A stretch of DNA of 32,834 bases, from NCBI RefSeq assembly GCF_006345805.1, contig NW_021832783.1, positions 1 to 32,834 on the forward strand, read 5' to 3'. Of the stretch, positions 31,995 to 32,834 are shown piece by piece (position 1 is the stretch's first letter; every line of letters starts with the position of its first letter). The notes under the pieces were generated by a model, which did not search any database, was not told where the DNA came from, and saw nothing but the letters and a program-made list of their open reading frames with translations. The position numbers and the translations under genes were made by a program. Origin of the DNA: Octopus sinensis. Lineage: Eukaryota.

Positions 31995-32500
31995 TCGCCC
32001 CAAACTCGGCTCCCTACTTGGAGATAGTGAAGACATTTCTCGCAGAAAGATGCTACCACGGCTCTGAGCAGAATACGTAAAAAATGGCCCTCAGATCAAA
32101 GCTTTATAATGCATTCGTAAAGACTGTTCTACTATACAACTCGTCAACATGGGGGATCTCGGAGACTGAACTGAAGACTATAGGCTCTTTTCACCGTAAA
32201 CAACTACGTCTCTTACACGGAATATACTGGCCATCAAAAATTAACAATCTATCTCTGTATAAACATTACGATGCTACCCCGTTGTCTCAAGAAATTGTTG
32301 GAGGCCGGTGGAAATTATTTGGCCATATTTTGCGAATGGACCCCAGAGCTCCGGCCAATCGGGCAATGAACGATTATTTCTCCGAAAATGGAGACAAATA
32401 TCGTGGAAGACCTAGATCCACTCTTCCGGCAATTCTGGAAAGGGATCTCAAACTTCATGGCAAAAGTTTCAAAAACTGGGACGACCTGGAATTCATGCCT
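31995..32500 (+). mobile_element. RTE-like LINE 3' fragment (end of RT and thumb)
   Basis: KLGSLLGDSEDISRRK, KLYNAFVKTVLLYNSSTWG, FHRKQLR, RWKLFGHILRMD, RGRPRSTLP..LERDL. Confidence 0.8.
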
Positions 32501-32599
32501 AGGGGAGTAAAATCAGAAATTTTATTATTCGTTTCTAAAAATAAATACATCATTTTACTTTCAAGTTCATCTTCTACAAACGAGACCTCATATTTTAAT

Positions 32600-32834
32600 C
32601 TAAATTATAAATGAGCTTATAACTTGTATTTCATGAATCACACTGTTAATTCCAGAAATAATCCCAAACTTTTTGAAAAGGGTCTCATTGATCGCCGAGT
32701 AATGTGTCGTATTATAGGAAAAAGTAACTTTGTCTAAAAATTGTTGCCAATTTTTAGTTCTTTTTTTATCCAATAGTTTTGGCATAGCTCGTGTCAATGT
32801 TTGATTAAAGCGTTCAATTAAACCCTGATTTATT
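32600..32834 (-). mobile_element. Integrase core (rve) C-terminal remnant running off the window end
   Basis: NQGLIERFNQTLTRAM...NWQQFLDKVTFSYNTTHYSAINET matches the QG..ER.N.TL...W...L..V.F.YN...H motif. Confidence 0.7.

Overview
AT-rich eukaryotic nuclear DNA, not prokaryotic. The genes are animal-like and broken by very short GT-AG introns (mostly 24-32 nt), which suggests a reduced parasitic metazoan such as a myxozoan, dicyemid or orthonectid; this is inference and the taxon cannot be fixed from this window. Host genes reconstructed by manual splicing: RPRD1-like CID protein, Exo70 (EXOC7), a possible membrane-tethered CREB3-like bZIP, aminoacylase-1 (13 introns), then a compact cluster of UBE2V/MMS2, Thg1, MTRFR/C12orf65 (largely missed by the ORF track) and CANT1 apyrase, and finally a long intron-rich coiled-coil protein. 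Between the genes lie transposon-rich blocks. The most striking is a four-level nest at about 7.7-11.3 kb. A LINE remnant is split by a Buster/SPIN-type hAT element with an 8-bp TSD. The hAT carries a foldback-like Tc1/IS630-type element whose TIRs are arrays of a 21-bp repeat, inserted into a 30-nt intron of the hAT transposase. It also carries a Ginger2/Tdd-like integrase element, which in turn contains a polyadenylated CRE-like retrotransposon end. R4-like, RTE-like and Jockey-like LINE remnants also occur. Five single-base deficits in host genes look like homopolymer sequencing errors. No rRNA, tRNA or CRISPR array was found. All alignments were made by eye against remembered family motifs; no searches were run.
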